A stretch of 64,000 nucleotides of DNA from Gemmatimonadota bacterium (lineage in GTDB: Bacteria > Gemmatimonadota > Gemmatimonadetes > Gemmatimonadales > Gemmatimonadaceae), in the NCBI GenBank assembly GCA_040388625.1, contig JAZKBK010000005.1, positions 159,478-223,477 on the forward strand. Reading direction: 5' to 3'. The notes under the pieces are model-generated. The model had not been told where the DNA came from. It searched no databases and was given only the letters and a program-made list of their open reading frames with translations. The translations under genes and the position numbers were made by a program. Of this stretch, positions 31,126 to 40,786 are shown in pieces. Numbering within the stretch: the first letter of the stretch is position 1; the number at the start of each line of letters is the position of its first letter.

Positions 31126-34100
31126 CTACCGCTTCGTGTCCAGCTGCGCCAACAGTGTCGCGACAGCGGCATCAAGCTGTGAATCCTTCCCCGAATAACT
31201 CTCGCCCATCGGACGTGTAACTTCCACGTCCACTGGACGCGGATGCAGCTCCATGTCCTTTCCGTCGAGACTCGTGATTCGCGTTGACGGAAGGCGCTCG
31301 GTCGTGCCATCGATCAACGTCGCCGCCGAGGTGAAGATGATCCACCCGCCAGTCGGCTCGCCAACTACCTTGCCGAGCTTGAGCGTGCGATAGCCCTGCG
31401 TGAAATCCTCGCCGTCACTCAGCGTGTGCTGATTGGTCACGAGTATCGTCGGACGCTCCAGCGAGCGCTGGCCAAGCTGCGTGCGCGCCGACACCACGGG
31501 CCGGTCCCGGCTCTCCATGTTCAGATACGGTTGCCGCGATAGTACGTCCATCGCGTAAACATTGACGAATCCGCCATTGTTGTTGCGTACGTCTATCACG
31601 ACTCCGTCGCGCTTCATGTTCTCTGCATCGAGATCGACGTACAGCTGGTCCAGCGCGTTCTGCGACATGTCGTACATGTGTACGTAGCCGAGGCGCCCGT
31701 GGCTCGCCTTCTCGACGTACGCTCGCCGCTGCTCCACCCACGCACGATACAGCAATCCCTTCTCCGTAGTCGTGTTCACCGGGAGCACTGCAACATCGCG
31801 TGGTGCTGCAGACGGCGTGGCCGAAACTCCGAGCGTGGTTCTCCGGCCAATGGTGTAGGCGAGCAGCTGCTGAAGATTGGAGTGAGAGGTGAGCGGTGTG
31901 CCGTCCACGCTGCGCAGGTATTCGCCGACCTTGATGCCTGAAACCTCAGCCGGTGAAAGTGGAACGACCTGCGTGATGTGAAAGACACCGCTTCGCTCGT
32001 ACTCGTCGCGATCGAATCCGAGCCCGACGCGGCCCGCATATGGAGGATGCGGAGCCTGCGCACCGATTCCGGAGTGCGACGAGTTCAGCTCACCGACCAT
32101 GAGCGACAGAATTCTGCGCATCTGATCCGGTGTCTCCGCGCCTTCGATTCGCTGTGCGTATTCCGTGCGTATCGCGTCCCAGTTGACGCCGTTCATTCTG
32201 GGATTGAAGAAATTGTCGCGGAGATAGCTCCATGCTTCCGCGAAAACTTCGCGTTTCTCCCGCGAGAAGTCGACGTCCATCTCGGCCGACACTGCCAGTG
32301 GATGCGCCACGCGCGATTCGACCGTGATGCTGTTTATCCGGCCGCCTTCCAGGTAGAACACTTCCTTGCCGTCAGGCGACCATTGCGCGTCCGACTTGCG
32401 GCCCGTACTCGACGTCAGTTGCCGAGCCACCACGGGAGTCTTTGCGAGATCGTCGAGCGAGTACGTGTACAGGTTCGTCTGACCCGCCGAGCCCGCCGTC
32501 AGCAGCGCCGTTTTACCATCGGGACTTATCGACACGTCGAAGACATCCACTTCCACTGGAAGTAGCGACAGACGATCGCGAATTCTATCGAAGACGATGT
32601 TCGTCCGCGCCGGCGACCCCTTCACTCCATTGCGCCGCGCGGGTTGTGAATCCGGGCTGCTGATTGCGTTCCTGCTCGTGTCGCTCGAATCCCGCGGCGT
32701 CGCCGGCTGCTGGCGCCGCGGCAGCGGTTGAGTTTGCGGAGTCGGGACCCGTGGCGATTCCTCGCGAAAGAGATCGTGGAACTGATCTTCGCGAAAGTGC
32801 GGCGTACGCGGAATGAGATCGATGCGCGCAAGCTGGCGCATCTCTGTTCTCTGTCCCGTTGAGAGGAGTATGTAACTGCCATCCCTGCTCCATGCAATCG
32901 CGTTGCTGGACGTATTCGCCAGGAAGCTCACTGGCCTGCTATCCCCCCCGGCGATGTTCACTACCTGCACGTTGGAGAAATTTCTCGGGCCTGCATCCGG
33001 CGTGTAGGCGACCCAGCGGCTGTCCGGCGAGAACGCCATGTCGGATCTGCCAAGGAAGGGCGGCCGACTCAACTCCGCCGTTGCGAGCAGCCGATCGCTC
33101 ATACTCGGCATGTCGAGCACTCGCAGCTCGCGTGCATCACGCGTGTACACGATGTGCGCGCCATCCGGCGACCATTGCGGAGATACGTCGCTCGAACCAC
33201 CGTGCGTGAGCTGAGTTTCTTTGTTCGTGGTGAAGTCGTAACTGAAGAGGTGTCTTGGTCCGTCCCTGTCGCTGGTGTACACCAGCCGCTTGCTGTCGGG
33301 AGCCCACTCGAGCTGGTCTTCGGCGGCCGGCGTATTGGTCACGCGAATCGCATCGCCTCCGTCTTTTGACGACGCAGCGAATACCTCGCCGTGCACGATG
33401 AACGCCACCTTTCTGCCATCAGGCGATAGCGCGAATCGCTGAATGCCGTTCGTGAATGTGCGATGGTCGGTGCCTGCGGCAGCGGGGGAACCGCGCAGTG
33501 TGATCGGAACCGCAGCAGCCTTGTGCGTCGCGACGTCGTAACGCCATATCCCGAAATTGCGCTCGAACACGATCGACTTGCCGTTCGCCGATATCGCCGG
33601 CCAGATCACGCGGCCGTCGGTGAACGTCGTCAGTTGCCGTGCAGTCGCATTGGCGGATGCGGCTTGCTCCCACAGATTCGCGGTACCGCTCCGGTCCGAC
33701 ACGAAGTAGATGGTCGCCCCGTCAGCACTCCACATCGGCCAGCCACTCTTCGCGCCCATCGGAACTATCGGTGTATAGGTCGGCGTGCCACGTACATCGC
33801 GAACGAGATCGATCTCGCTCTCGTCCAGGTGGCTGTGACCCTTCCGCCACCACTGCCCGCGCGAGACGCCGCGCGCCGTGATCGCGAGTGTGTTGCCGTC
33901 GGGCGATGGTGCACCCCAGAATTCCGCCGCATAGCGATCGCCCGCCACCGCCATCGGCGTCCCGCCGTCGGAGTGCACGCGAAATTCGTCACTCATTCCC
34001 GAGATGTCGCTCCGGCCGGACGAGAAGTACAGCCACGCGCCATCGTGCGACCACGCGTCCAGCTGCTCTGCCTGATCGTCGTACGTGATACGTTGCAGCT

Positions 34101-34446
34101 CTCCAGTCGCCAGCGTCAGCACGTATATGTCGCCGTTTCCCGTGCGCGTGGATACGAACGCCATGCGCGTACCATCCGGCGAATACAGCGGCCGCGATTC
34201 GTCCGCAGCGTTCGACACCAGCAACCTTGCATCGCCACCCTGCGCTGGCACCGTCCATATATCGCCCGCCGATACGAACGCAATCTCGCTTCCGTCCGGC
34301 GACAGACTCGGCTCCGCGAACGACGGGAGCGCAGTTGGAGTGGGAGCGACGGCAGCTGTGGAACCGCGTTGCACCGACATCGGTCCGCTCGGAAGCGCGG
34401 CGATGGCGACGGACATGGCGAGGACTACGCGCGAGGAAAACAGCAT
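31126..34446 (-). CDS. tricorn-protease-like protein (PD40/TolB beta-propellers + PDZ + S41 peptidase domain)
   Basis: 1106 aa with repeated PD40 segments (SPDGSEIAF, SPDGTRMAF, SPDGRKVAF, SPDGAHIVY, SPDGKTALL, SPDGKEVFY) and a C-terminal S41-like region. Confidence 0.8.
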   Translation of the reverse strand: MLFSSRVVLAMSVAIAALPSGPMSVQRGSTAAVAPTPTALPSFAEPSLSPDGSEIAFVSAGDIWTVPAQGGDARLLVSNAADESRPLYSPDGTRMAFVSTRTGNGDIYVLTLATGELQRITYDDQAEQLDAWSHDGAWLYFSSGRSDISGMSDEFRVHSDGGTPMAVAGDRYAAEFWGAPSPDGNTLAITARGVSRGQWWRKGHSHLDESEIDLVRDVRGTPTYTPIVPMGAKSGWPMWSADGATIYFVSDRSGTANLWEQAASANATARQLTTFTDGRVIWPAISANGKSIVFERNFGIWRYDVATHKAAAVPITLRGSPAAAGTDHRTFTNGIQRFALSPDGRKVAFIVHGEVFAASSKDGGDAIRVTNTPAAEDQLEWAPDSKRLVYTSDRDGPRHLFSYDFTTNKETQLTHGGSSDVSPQWSPDGAHIVYTRDARELRVLDMPSMSDRLLATAELSRPPFLGRSDMAFSPDSRWVAYTPDAGPRNFSNVQVVNIAGGDSRPVSFLANTSSNAIAWSRDGSYILLSTGQRTEMRQLARIDLIPRTPHFREDQFHDLFREESPRVPTPQTQPLPRRQQPATPRDSSDTSRNAISSPDSQPARRNGVKGSPARTNIVFDRIRDRLSLLPVEVDVFDVSISPDGKTALLTAGSAGQTNLYTYSLDDLAKTPVVARQLTSSTGRKSDAQWSPDGKEVFYLEGGRINSITVESRVAHPLAVSAEMDVDFSREKREVFAEAWSYLRDNFFNPRMNGVNWDAIRTEYAQRIEGAETPDQMRRILSLMVGELNSSHSGIGAQAPHPPYAGRVGLGFDRDEYERSGVFHITQVVPLSPAEVSGIKVGEYLRSVDGTPLTSHSNLQQLLAYTIGRRTTLGVSATPSAAPRDVAVLPVNTTTEKGLLYRAWVEQRRAYVEKASHGRLGYVHMYDMSQNALDQLYVDLDAENMKRDGVVIDVRNNNGGFVNVYAMDVLSRQPYLNMESRDRPVVSARTQLGQRSLERPTILVTNQHTLSDGEDFTQGYRTLKLGKVVGEPTGGWIIFTSAATLIDGTTERLPSTRITSLDGKDMELHPRPVDVEVTRPMGESYSGKDSQLDAAVATLLAQLDTKR

Positions 34447-34728
34447 GGCGAGTTTGATTACCGAGTGAAGAACGAAATCCCGATCGTGAATGCGAGCTGG
34501 TTCAGGCTGTCACTGTGGTTGGAGCACCCCGATGGGCGCAATTCGCCTCGCTACACCTTCGCTGCATATTATGTACGATAGCGTACATATCCAGTGATGG
34601 GTGTACACAGAGCCGGCATTCCGGGGCAGAATAATCTGGCCAATTCTGAGCGAGCTTGTGAGGGTGCGGGAGGTGCGCGTCCGTTGCTCGTTGCCCGTGT
34701 CTGGCACACTACTTACAGCTACCCCGGT

Positions 34729-35406
34729 GTGAACAGTCGACATCGACACGCAGCGGTGGTCATCATTGCGTTGCTTTCCTTCACCGCTTGCCATGGCCAC
34801 TCGCCCGACTCCGGCGGTGATGTGGCACTCGCGCGCGATCTCGCCGAGGCTCAACTCGCTGGCTCGTCTGCGAGCGCGGGAGGGCGTGTCGCGTCGGACT
34901 CGGCGGACGCCGCCCCCAGCTCGGATGCAGGCAATCCGCCCGCCGTCACACCCCCCGGTGCGGCTTCGCTTGCGACTCGTGCCGCCGTCAGGAACGCCGT
35001 GGCATCTGCTGCATCGTCGCGGAAAGCTGTGGATCGCACACGCAACCGTGCGAAACAAACACGAACCGATCCTTGTGCATCAACCGAATCGCAGGATCAG
35101 AGCAGGTGCCTCGCGCTGAGTGCTCATCGCTCCAATGTGCGACTCGACTCGATCTATCGACTGATTGTGAAGGCCGTGCGCAAGCAGCAGCGCGTTCCGG
35201 CTGGTGCCGCAGATCCGCCCTACGCCGCGACGCTCGGTCAGGCAGAGAAGACGTGGACGTCGTGGCGCGACGCGGAATGTGAGCGAGTCACACGCGGCAA
35301 GGGCGGTGATCAGTGGGCCGTGCCGCGCGCCAGGTGTCTTGCGACTCTGACCGATGAGCGCGCAGCCGAGTTGGATCGGATACTGGGGAAGGCAAGGAAG
35401 CGCTGA
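34729..35406 (+). CDS. DUF1311 (LprI-like) domain lipoprotein
   Basis: Lipobox LLSFTAC. C-terminal LGQAEKTWTSWRDAECE...RARCLATLTDERAAELDRIL is the DUF1311 pattern. The GTG start is uncertain. Confidence 0.6.
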   Translation: MNSRHRHAAVVIIALLSFTACHGHSPDSGGDVALARDLAEAQLAGSSASAGGRVASDSADAAPSSDAGNPPAVTPPGAASLATRAAVRNAVASAASSRKAVDRTRNRAKQTRTDPCASTESQDQSRCLALSAHRSNVRLDSIYRLIVKAVRKQQRVPAGAADPPYAATLGQAEKTWTSWRDAECERVTRGKGGDQWAVPRARCLATLTDERAAELDRILGKARKR

Positions 35407-35442
35407 CGCGCCGTGCTCACCGCCAGCTATGAGGGGCGAGCC

Positions 35443-36018
35443 CTACTTCGTTCCGTCCTTGACCGCCTGTGCTACCGCTGCGGCCACCTGATTCCCGATG
35501 CCAGCGTTGACGGTACATGGCGCCGGGTCGCCGGACGTGCCGTTGGCTTTTGCCGACGCACTCGCAACGCTCGTAACTGCGCTGCTCTTTTCAGATCCGC
35601 GCAACGCTGTCGTCACCTGTATCGTCACGTCGTATCGCGAAGCGTTCGGAATCCCGGCGACATCGCCGCACTCGATCAGCGACGTGAGCGGCTTGCCACC
35701 GAAGTCGCTGTGCGAACGATCACGCTCTCCAGCGATGACGTGCGTCGTGGAATCATACTTCGTGATTCGCAGACCCAGCTTGCTGTACGCGATGGGTAGA
35801 TATTGCCAGGTGGTTGTGGCTGACGCCTCGATATTGTGCCACACAAGCGGGGTCGGAGAGTTCGGAATGAAATCCACGCTCGTTGCGCCCACCTGAACCT
35901 GTTTGACGTCGGTCGTCTGCCCAATGTCGCTCGACGTGCCGGCGCCACCGCTTGCGCAGGCCATACAGGCTACACAGGCTGCCAGGGTGAGTGCACCAAT
36001 TGTCGCAGATGATTTCAT
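35443..36018 (-). CDS. hypothetical lipoprotein
   Basis: MKSSATIGALTLAACVACMAC signal/lipobox, with a strong GGAGGTAAGG immediately upstream of ATG 36018. No recognisable domain. Confidence 0.65.
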   Translation of the reverse strand: MKSSATIGALTLAACVACMACASGGAGTSSDIGQTTDVKQVQVGATSVDFIPNSPTPLVWHNIEASATTTWQYLPIAYSKLGLRITKYDSTTHVIAGERDRSHSDFGGKPLTSLIECGDVAGIPNASRYDVTIQVTTALRGSEKSSAVTSVASASAKANGTSGDPAPCTVNAGIGNQVAAAVAQAVKDGTK

Positions 36019-36194
36019 CCTTACCTCCAATAGGCGATTTTCTTCAGGGCGATTCCGCGCGTGGCCGCTCAACCCGGAAGCTACAGCGCGCAGGCTGGCG
36101 GCGACAGCTGTTCCCGGGGGATACCTTTATAGCCGGGTATCACAGGGTTCCACGCAATCACCAACATCCGTCCTGGACAAACCGTAAGCTTGCT

Positions 36195-37136
36195 ATGCTG
36201 ACCCCATATTCGCTTTTACAGGCAGCCGAGGTCCATATAACGGCCTCGGACGTCGCGACTGAATACGCCGGCTTCCTCGCGTACTTCGGTATATTCGGAG
36301 CCCTCGGCTTCCGATGGCTCGTGCTCCGTCGAACTGCGTCACGCCAGCCGGAGATCGGCGCAACCGGCAGTCCAGTTGCGCTATCGCTGCAGTCGGCGGA
36401 GATAGGCGCCGCGCGCATCGGTATGATCGGTGCGTTTTTCATGTTGCTCAATCTGCTGATGAACCTTTCAGCCCGAGCCGCCGACAAGGGAATATCCTTC
36501 GGGAGCGCGATCGCAGCGGGCGGTGGGCGGACAGTAGCAGCGTTCCTGTTCGTCGCCGTGTTTTTGCTGGCGTTCGCGGTCGCACTCAAGCGTGCACGCG
36601 CCGCGTGGATCGTTGCTGCGCTTGCCGGCATCATATACGCATTGCAGAATATCAGGTCGGGCAAGTGGGCGTCACTCGTCAATCCGCTGCACGAAGTGGC
36701 GGCATCGCTGTGGATCGGCACGCTGTTCGTCCTCGTAGTCGCGGGGCTCCCCGCGATTCTTCGCAGCTCGCTTTCGTCCGAGCGGCGCGGCACGCTGGTC
36801 GCTGATCTGGTCGGCGACTTCTCTCCGGTTGCGATCGGTGCCTCGTTGCTGCTTGTGATCACAGGTATCACTACAGCGTGGCGCCATCTCAAGTTCGTAG
36901 CGGCGCTGTGGACCACACCGTATGGCTACGCCCTCGACGTCAAGCTCGTGCTGGTTGCAACAGTCGTCGCGCTCGGTGCGTGGAACTGGCGACGCATGCG
37001 TCCGCGGCTCGGCGCGGAGCAGGCCGCGCATGACATACGGCGCAGTGCAAAGGCGGAGTTGTTCGTTGCGTCGCTCGTGCTGGTTGTAACTGGCATACTC
37101 GTAAGTCTGCCATCACCGCGGCTTCCACACCCGTAG
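36195..37136 (+). CDS. CopD-family copper-resistance membrane protein
   Basis: About 8 TM helices and CopD-like C-terminal helices (LDVKLVLVATVVALGAWNWRRMRP). Start at ATG 36195. Confidence 0.6.
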   Translation: MLTPYSLLQAAEVHITASDVATEYAGFLAYFGIFGALGFRWLVLRRTASRQPEIGATGSPVALSLQSAEIGAARIGMIGAFFMLLNLLMNLSARAADKGISFGSAIAAGGGRTVAAFLFVAVFLLAFAVALKRARAAWIVAALAGIIYALQNIRSGKWASLVNPLHEVAASLWIGTLFVLVVAGLPAILRSSLSSERRGTLVADLVGDFSPVAIGASLLLVITGITTAWRHLKFVAALWTTPYGYALDVKLVLVATVVALGAWNWRRMRPRLGAEQAAHDIRRSAKAELFVASLVLVVTGILVSLPSPRLPHP

Positions 37137-37153
37137 CGAGAGCTGGGGACGAC

Positions 37154-38512
37154 TCAGGAAGAAATCGTTTCACTCGCCGTCGCAGGCTTTGAGCTCGGCG
37201 GTGATGTCAGTATGCCGCGCCTCTCGTAGATCGGGTGCATCACCGCGCGCAGTCTGGGAAGACGTGACGCGAACCATATTCCGGCCGCGACCGAGGCTGC
37301 GCCGCCGAACAGGATCGTGTACTCCGATCCGATTTTCGCGGCGACCGCTCCGGCCAGGAGACTGCCGATCGGTGCGGTGCCCAGGAATGCCATGACGTAG
37401 AACGCCATCACGCGCCCGCGGAGACGCTCGTCGACGAGCGTCTGGATGATGGTGTTGATCGATGCCATCTGCACCATGAATCCTGCTCCCACGATCGGCA
37501 GTATCGCGAGCGACAGCCACAACTGGCGCGACAGCGCGAAGCCGATGAGTCCGAGTCCGAACGTGACGGTTGCCATGGCACTCACGTCCTCGAGTCCTAT
37601 CACCGACAATCTCGAAGCGAGATACAGCGCGCCGATTAGCGCGCCCACACCCGATGCTGTCATGAGGAAACCCAGCGTGTGCGCGCCGCCATGCAGCGTT
37701 TGCGTTGCGATTGCAGGCATGAGCACGGTGTAAGGCATGCTCATCGTGCTCACGATCGCGAGCAGTATCAGCGCGGTGCGAATCGGCAGCGAGCCCTTGA
37801 TGTATTGCAGTCCCGTGCGAAACTCCTCCGTCACGCGCGTCGTTATCGGCTCGCGCTCCGCGCGTGTGACGTGCATCGCCAGCAGCGAAGCGATCACCGC
37901 GATGTAGGAGATTGCATCGACCATGAAGCACCAACCCTCGCCGGCGAGCGCGATGATCATACCACCGATGGACGGCCCCACGATGCGACTCGCATTCACC
38001 ATCGTCGAGTTGAGCGCTATCGCGTTTGACAGATAGCTGCGATCCTCCACCATCTCGACGACGAACGCCTGGCGCGCGGGAGTGTCGAACGCATTGATGC
38101 TTCCCTGTACCAGCTGGAGGATCAGGATCTCCGTGACGGTGATCACGCCGGCGAACGCAAGAATGGCGAGCGCGAGTGATTGCAGCATCGATAGAACCTG
38201 CGTCACCACCAGCACGGTATGACGGTTCCATCTGTCGATCAGCACGCCGCTGAACGGCGTGAGGATCAGCGTCGGGATCTGGCTGCAGAAGCCGACGACG
38301 CCGAGCAGTAACGCGGAGCCGGTGAGTCGATATACCAGCCAGCTCGTTGCGATTCGGGTGATCCATGTACCGACGAGCGATACACTCTGACCGCCGAAGA
38401 ACAGGCGGTAATTGCGGCTGCTGAGTGCGCGGCCGATGCTCGGTCGGCGGGAAGTCGGTGGTGGTGTGGGGAGGGGTGCGGAGATGGGTGCGGTCATTTT
38501 TTCATGCCGCAC
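37154..38512 (-). CDS. MFS transporter (EntS/MFS_3-like)
   Basis: 452 aa with 12 TM helices. N-terminus reads NYRLFFGGQSVSLVGTWI. Confidence 0.8.
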   Translation of the reverse strand: MRHEKMTAPISAPLPTPPPTSRRPSIGRALSSRNYRLFFGGQSVSLVGTWITRIATSWLVYRLTGSALLLGVVGFCSQIPTLILTPFSGVLIDRWNRHTVLVVTQVLSMLQSLALAILAFAGVITVTEILILQLVQGSINAFDTPARQAFVVEMVEDRSYLSNAIALNSTMVNASRIVGPSIGGMIIALAGEGWCFMVDAISYIAVIASLLAMHVTRAEREPITTRVTEEFRTGLQYIKGSLPIRTALILLAIVSTMSMPYTVLMPAIATQTLHGGAHTLGFLMTASGVGALIGALYLASRLSVIGLEDVSAMATVTFGLGLIGFALSRQLWLSLAILPIVGAGFMVQMASINTIIQTLVDERLRGRVMAFYVMAFLGTAPIGSLLAGAVAAKIGSEYTILFGGAASVAAGIWFASRLPRLRAVMHPIYERRGILTSPPSSKPATASETISS

Positions 38513-38574
38513 GTCGGTTATTCAAGGAGCACGCCGCGCCGGCTTTCCGCAGCGTTCGTCAGATGGGGCCCGAA

Positions 38575-38931
38575 TCAGTGCTCGTCGGATCCGGCAGGCA
38601 GCGTGGCTGCCAGGTCGGCCGGCTGGATCCATTCATTGGCCCAATCGCCGATCGCGACGATCGCCGTTTCGAGTGCGCGGCCCTTGTCCGTAAGCTCGTA
38701 TTCGATGCGCACCGGTGTCGTGGGGAATACGTTCCGTTTCACCACCCCTTCGGCTTCCAGCTCCCGTAACCGCTCCGCGAGCATCCGATCGCTGATGTCG
38801 GGGACGTTCTCCCGGATTTCGTGGTATCTGGATTTGCCGGCGAGCATTGCGCTGATGATCGCGCCAGTCCAGCGGCGACCAATCAGTTCGACCGCCTTGT
38901 GATACTTGGGGCAAACCGATTCCTGGCTCAT
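38575..38931 (-). CDS. HxlR-family transcription regulator
   Basis: CPKYHKAVELIGRRWTGAIISAML...RYHEIRENVPDISDRMLAERLRELEAEGVV. Confidence 0.9.
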   Translation of the reverse strand: MSQESVCPKYHKAVELIGRRWTGAIISAMLAGKSRYHEIRENVPDISDRMLAERLRELEAEGVVKRNVFPTTPVRIEYELTDKGRALETAIVAIGDWANEWIQPADLAATLPAGSDEH

Positions 38932-38959
38932 ATACTGTATGTAAATAGGAGTACGGGCA

Positions 38960-38988
38960 TTGACAATAGTTACTTATCTAAATATAGT
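38960..38988 (+). promoter_or_regulatory. sigma70-type promoter for the yceI-like gene
   Basis: TTGACA (38960-38965), a 17-nt spacer, then TATAGT (38983-38988), inside an AT-rich island. Confidence 0.6.
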
Positions 38989-39009
38989 AACTTATCTAGA
39001 GTTATCTAC
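38968..39009. repeat. direct repeats TAGTTACTTATCTA / TAGTAACTTATCTA / GAGTTATCTA (candidate HxlR operator)
   Basis: The two 14-mers lie 18 nt apart with one mismatch and overlap the -10 region. A third, partial copy follows. Confidence 0.6.
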
Positions 39010-39057
39010 ATGACTCTATGACCGAACGGTTTAAAATCCCCTTCTCGGAGACTTTGG

Positions 39058-39633
39058 ATGTTTACAAGTACAAAGAACGACACAGGAGCTGGCGTGACTA
39101 GCTTGGCCGGAACATGGAAGATCGATCCTGCGCATTCGGGAGTCGAGTTCGTCGTCACCCACCTGATGATATCGAAGGTTCGGGGGCGGTTTTCGGATAT
39201 TTCCGGCTCCGTCGTGACCGATGGCCATCCGGCGGGATCGCGGATCGAGGCGGAGATCGGCACGGCGAGCATTACGACCAATGATGCGGGGCGAGACACG
39301 CATCTTCGGTCGGGGGACTTCTTCGATGTGGAGAAATTTCCGAAGATCCGGTTCGTAAGCACCGCCGTGAAGCCGGCCGGGGACAACGAGTTCGTGGTAG
39401 CCGGTGATCTGACGATCCGCGGCGTCACGCGCCCGGTGGAGATGAAGGTCACCGCCGAGGGGTTCACGAAGGATCCGTGGGGCAACGACAGGGCGGGATT
39501 CAGCGGCTCGCTCAAGATCGACAGGCGCGACTTCGGCCTCACGTGGAATCAGGCGCTGGAAGCCGGCGGCGTCATGGTGTCGAACGAGGTGAGGCTGACG
39601 GTTGACGTCGAGCTGACGCATGCGCCGCAGTAG
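39058..39633 (+). CDS. YceI-family periplasmic/lipid-binding protein
   Basis: WKIDPAHSGVEFVVTHLMISKVRGRF...RDTHLRSGDFFDVEKFP. Confidence 0.9.
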   Translation: MFTSTKNDTGAGVTSLAGTWKIDPAHSGVEFVVTHLMISKVRGRFSDISGSVVTDGHPAGSRIEAEIGTASITTNDAGRDTHLRSGDFFDVEKFPKIRFVSTAVKPAGDNEFVVAGDLTIRGVTRPVEMKVTAEGFTKDPWGNDRAGFSGSLKIDRRDFGLTWNQALEAGGVMVSNEVRLTVDVELTHAPQ

Positions 39634-39706
39634 ACTCGCCATGTAGCACGGATTTTGCCCCCTTTCTGCTTCGCGAGGCCAATACGGCAGACAGCGAACC
39701 AGAGAG

Positions 39707-40339
39707 GTGGCAATCATGGTACGTGGGACCAGAAGCAGCGCATTTGCGGTCGCGCTCTGCGCGGTGACGATGCTCGGCGCATGCAAGAAGGGGAATGAGG
39801 CGGCCGATACGACCATGGCCGGTGCCGGCACAACCGACACGTCGATGGCTGCCGGCGCGGGATCGAGCACTTCGATGAACGCACCCGCCGCGACCATGAC
39901 GGATGCGCAGATCTTCGCGATGCTGGCGGCAGCCAACCGGGGCGAGATCGACGCCGGCAAGATGGCATCGACCAAGGCGACGAGTGCATCGGTCAGGTCG
40001 TTCGCGCGCGATATGGTGACGGCGCATACCAAGATGCTGAACGATGGCAACGCACTGGCAAAGAAACTCAACATCACGCCTGACACGACAGCGGCCGATT
40101 CCATCAATGGAATGAATCAGTCGACCGCGGCGACGCTGACGGCAGCGGCGAAGGGTGCGGCGTTCGATTCGGCGTACGTGAACGCGCAGGTAGCAGGGCA
40201 CGAGTACGTGCTGGACATGATCAAGCGCGCGGAAGGGCAGGCGCAGAACCCGGAGCTCAAGTCAGCTCTGACATCGGCGGAGCCCCAGGTTCAGCAGCAC
40301 CTGGACCGAATAAAGGATATTCAGAGCAAGCTGAAATAG
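39707..40339 (+). CDS. DUF4142 domain lipoprotein
   Basis: Lipobox MLGAC. Duplicated helical pattern: GEIDAGKMASTKATSASVRSFARDMVTAHTK... and DSAYVNAQVAGHEYVLDMI. Confidence 0.75.
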   Translation: MAIMVRGTRSSAFAVALCAVTMLGACKKGNEAADTTMAGAGTTDTSMAAGAGSSTSMNAPAATMTDAQIFAMLAAANRGEIDAGKMASTKATSASVRSFARDMVTAHTKMLNDGNALAKKLNITPDTTAADSINGMNQSTAATLTAAAKGAAFDSAYVNAQVAGHEYVLDMIKRAEGQAQNPELKSALTSAEPQVQQHLDRIKDIQSKLK

Positions 40340-40341
40340 CA

Positions 40342-40700
40342 CTTCGCGGACGCGACATCGATCGCGTATTTCTGGACGGAGTGGAGCGTCGCTCGAGAGC
40401 GATGCTCCACTATCTGGTCGCCGCGATGCGGGCGACACAGACGACGGAACTGCAGTATCTGATTCAGAGAACTGCGCCGGTGTTTCTGAACGACATGGAC
40501 CGCGCACACACGCTCAGAGGAATATTCTGAGAAGTGGAGTGCGCGGTTTTTGTCCGGTGTCAGTGCCCTGTGCGCGATGGTCGATGCGTTCATGCGTGGT
40601 GGCAGTACGATGCGCACGATTGGGGACCACTTAGGCATCCATCACTCGCGCGTGAGCCGGATCAGCAGCAACTCAGAGAGAGCGCGCGCGGGACGAGGCC
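40342..40700 (+). pseudogene. possible frameshifted relic of the C-terminal HTH part of a transposase-like (IS200/Y1-associated) gene
   Basis: Two frames give ...RTAPVFLNDMDRAHTLRGIF* and then ...MRGGSTMRTIGDHLGIHHSRVSRISS. The second resembles the GYS..IA.HLG.HYSTVSR HTH seen at the C-terminus of some Y1-transposase-like proteins (from memory). Confidence 0.3.
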
Positions 40701-40786
40701 TGACCGCGGATTTTCGGGTGCTGGATCTTCGGGTGGACAACCACCGCCTGAAACACCAGATTATCCCGGCCTCCTCGAAAACAATC

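Noticed and set aside
33463-34581. 372-aa + strand ORF (similar cases: 4017..4961 -, 7724..8758 +, 13552..14475 +, 16713..17720 +, 37170..38366 -, 39031..40107 -)
   Set aside because: All overlap well-supported genes on the other strand or in another frame. They have Arg-rich, low-information sequences and are shadow ORFs of a GC-rich genome.
40550-40786. N-terminal 79-aa extension of the IPT/TIG protein ORF
   Set aside because: ATG 40787 starts a proper lipoprotein signal (MLLRRCGNVALILLLGVALSC). The upstream part looks like decayed HTH sequence and is treated as a relic instead.
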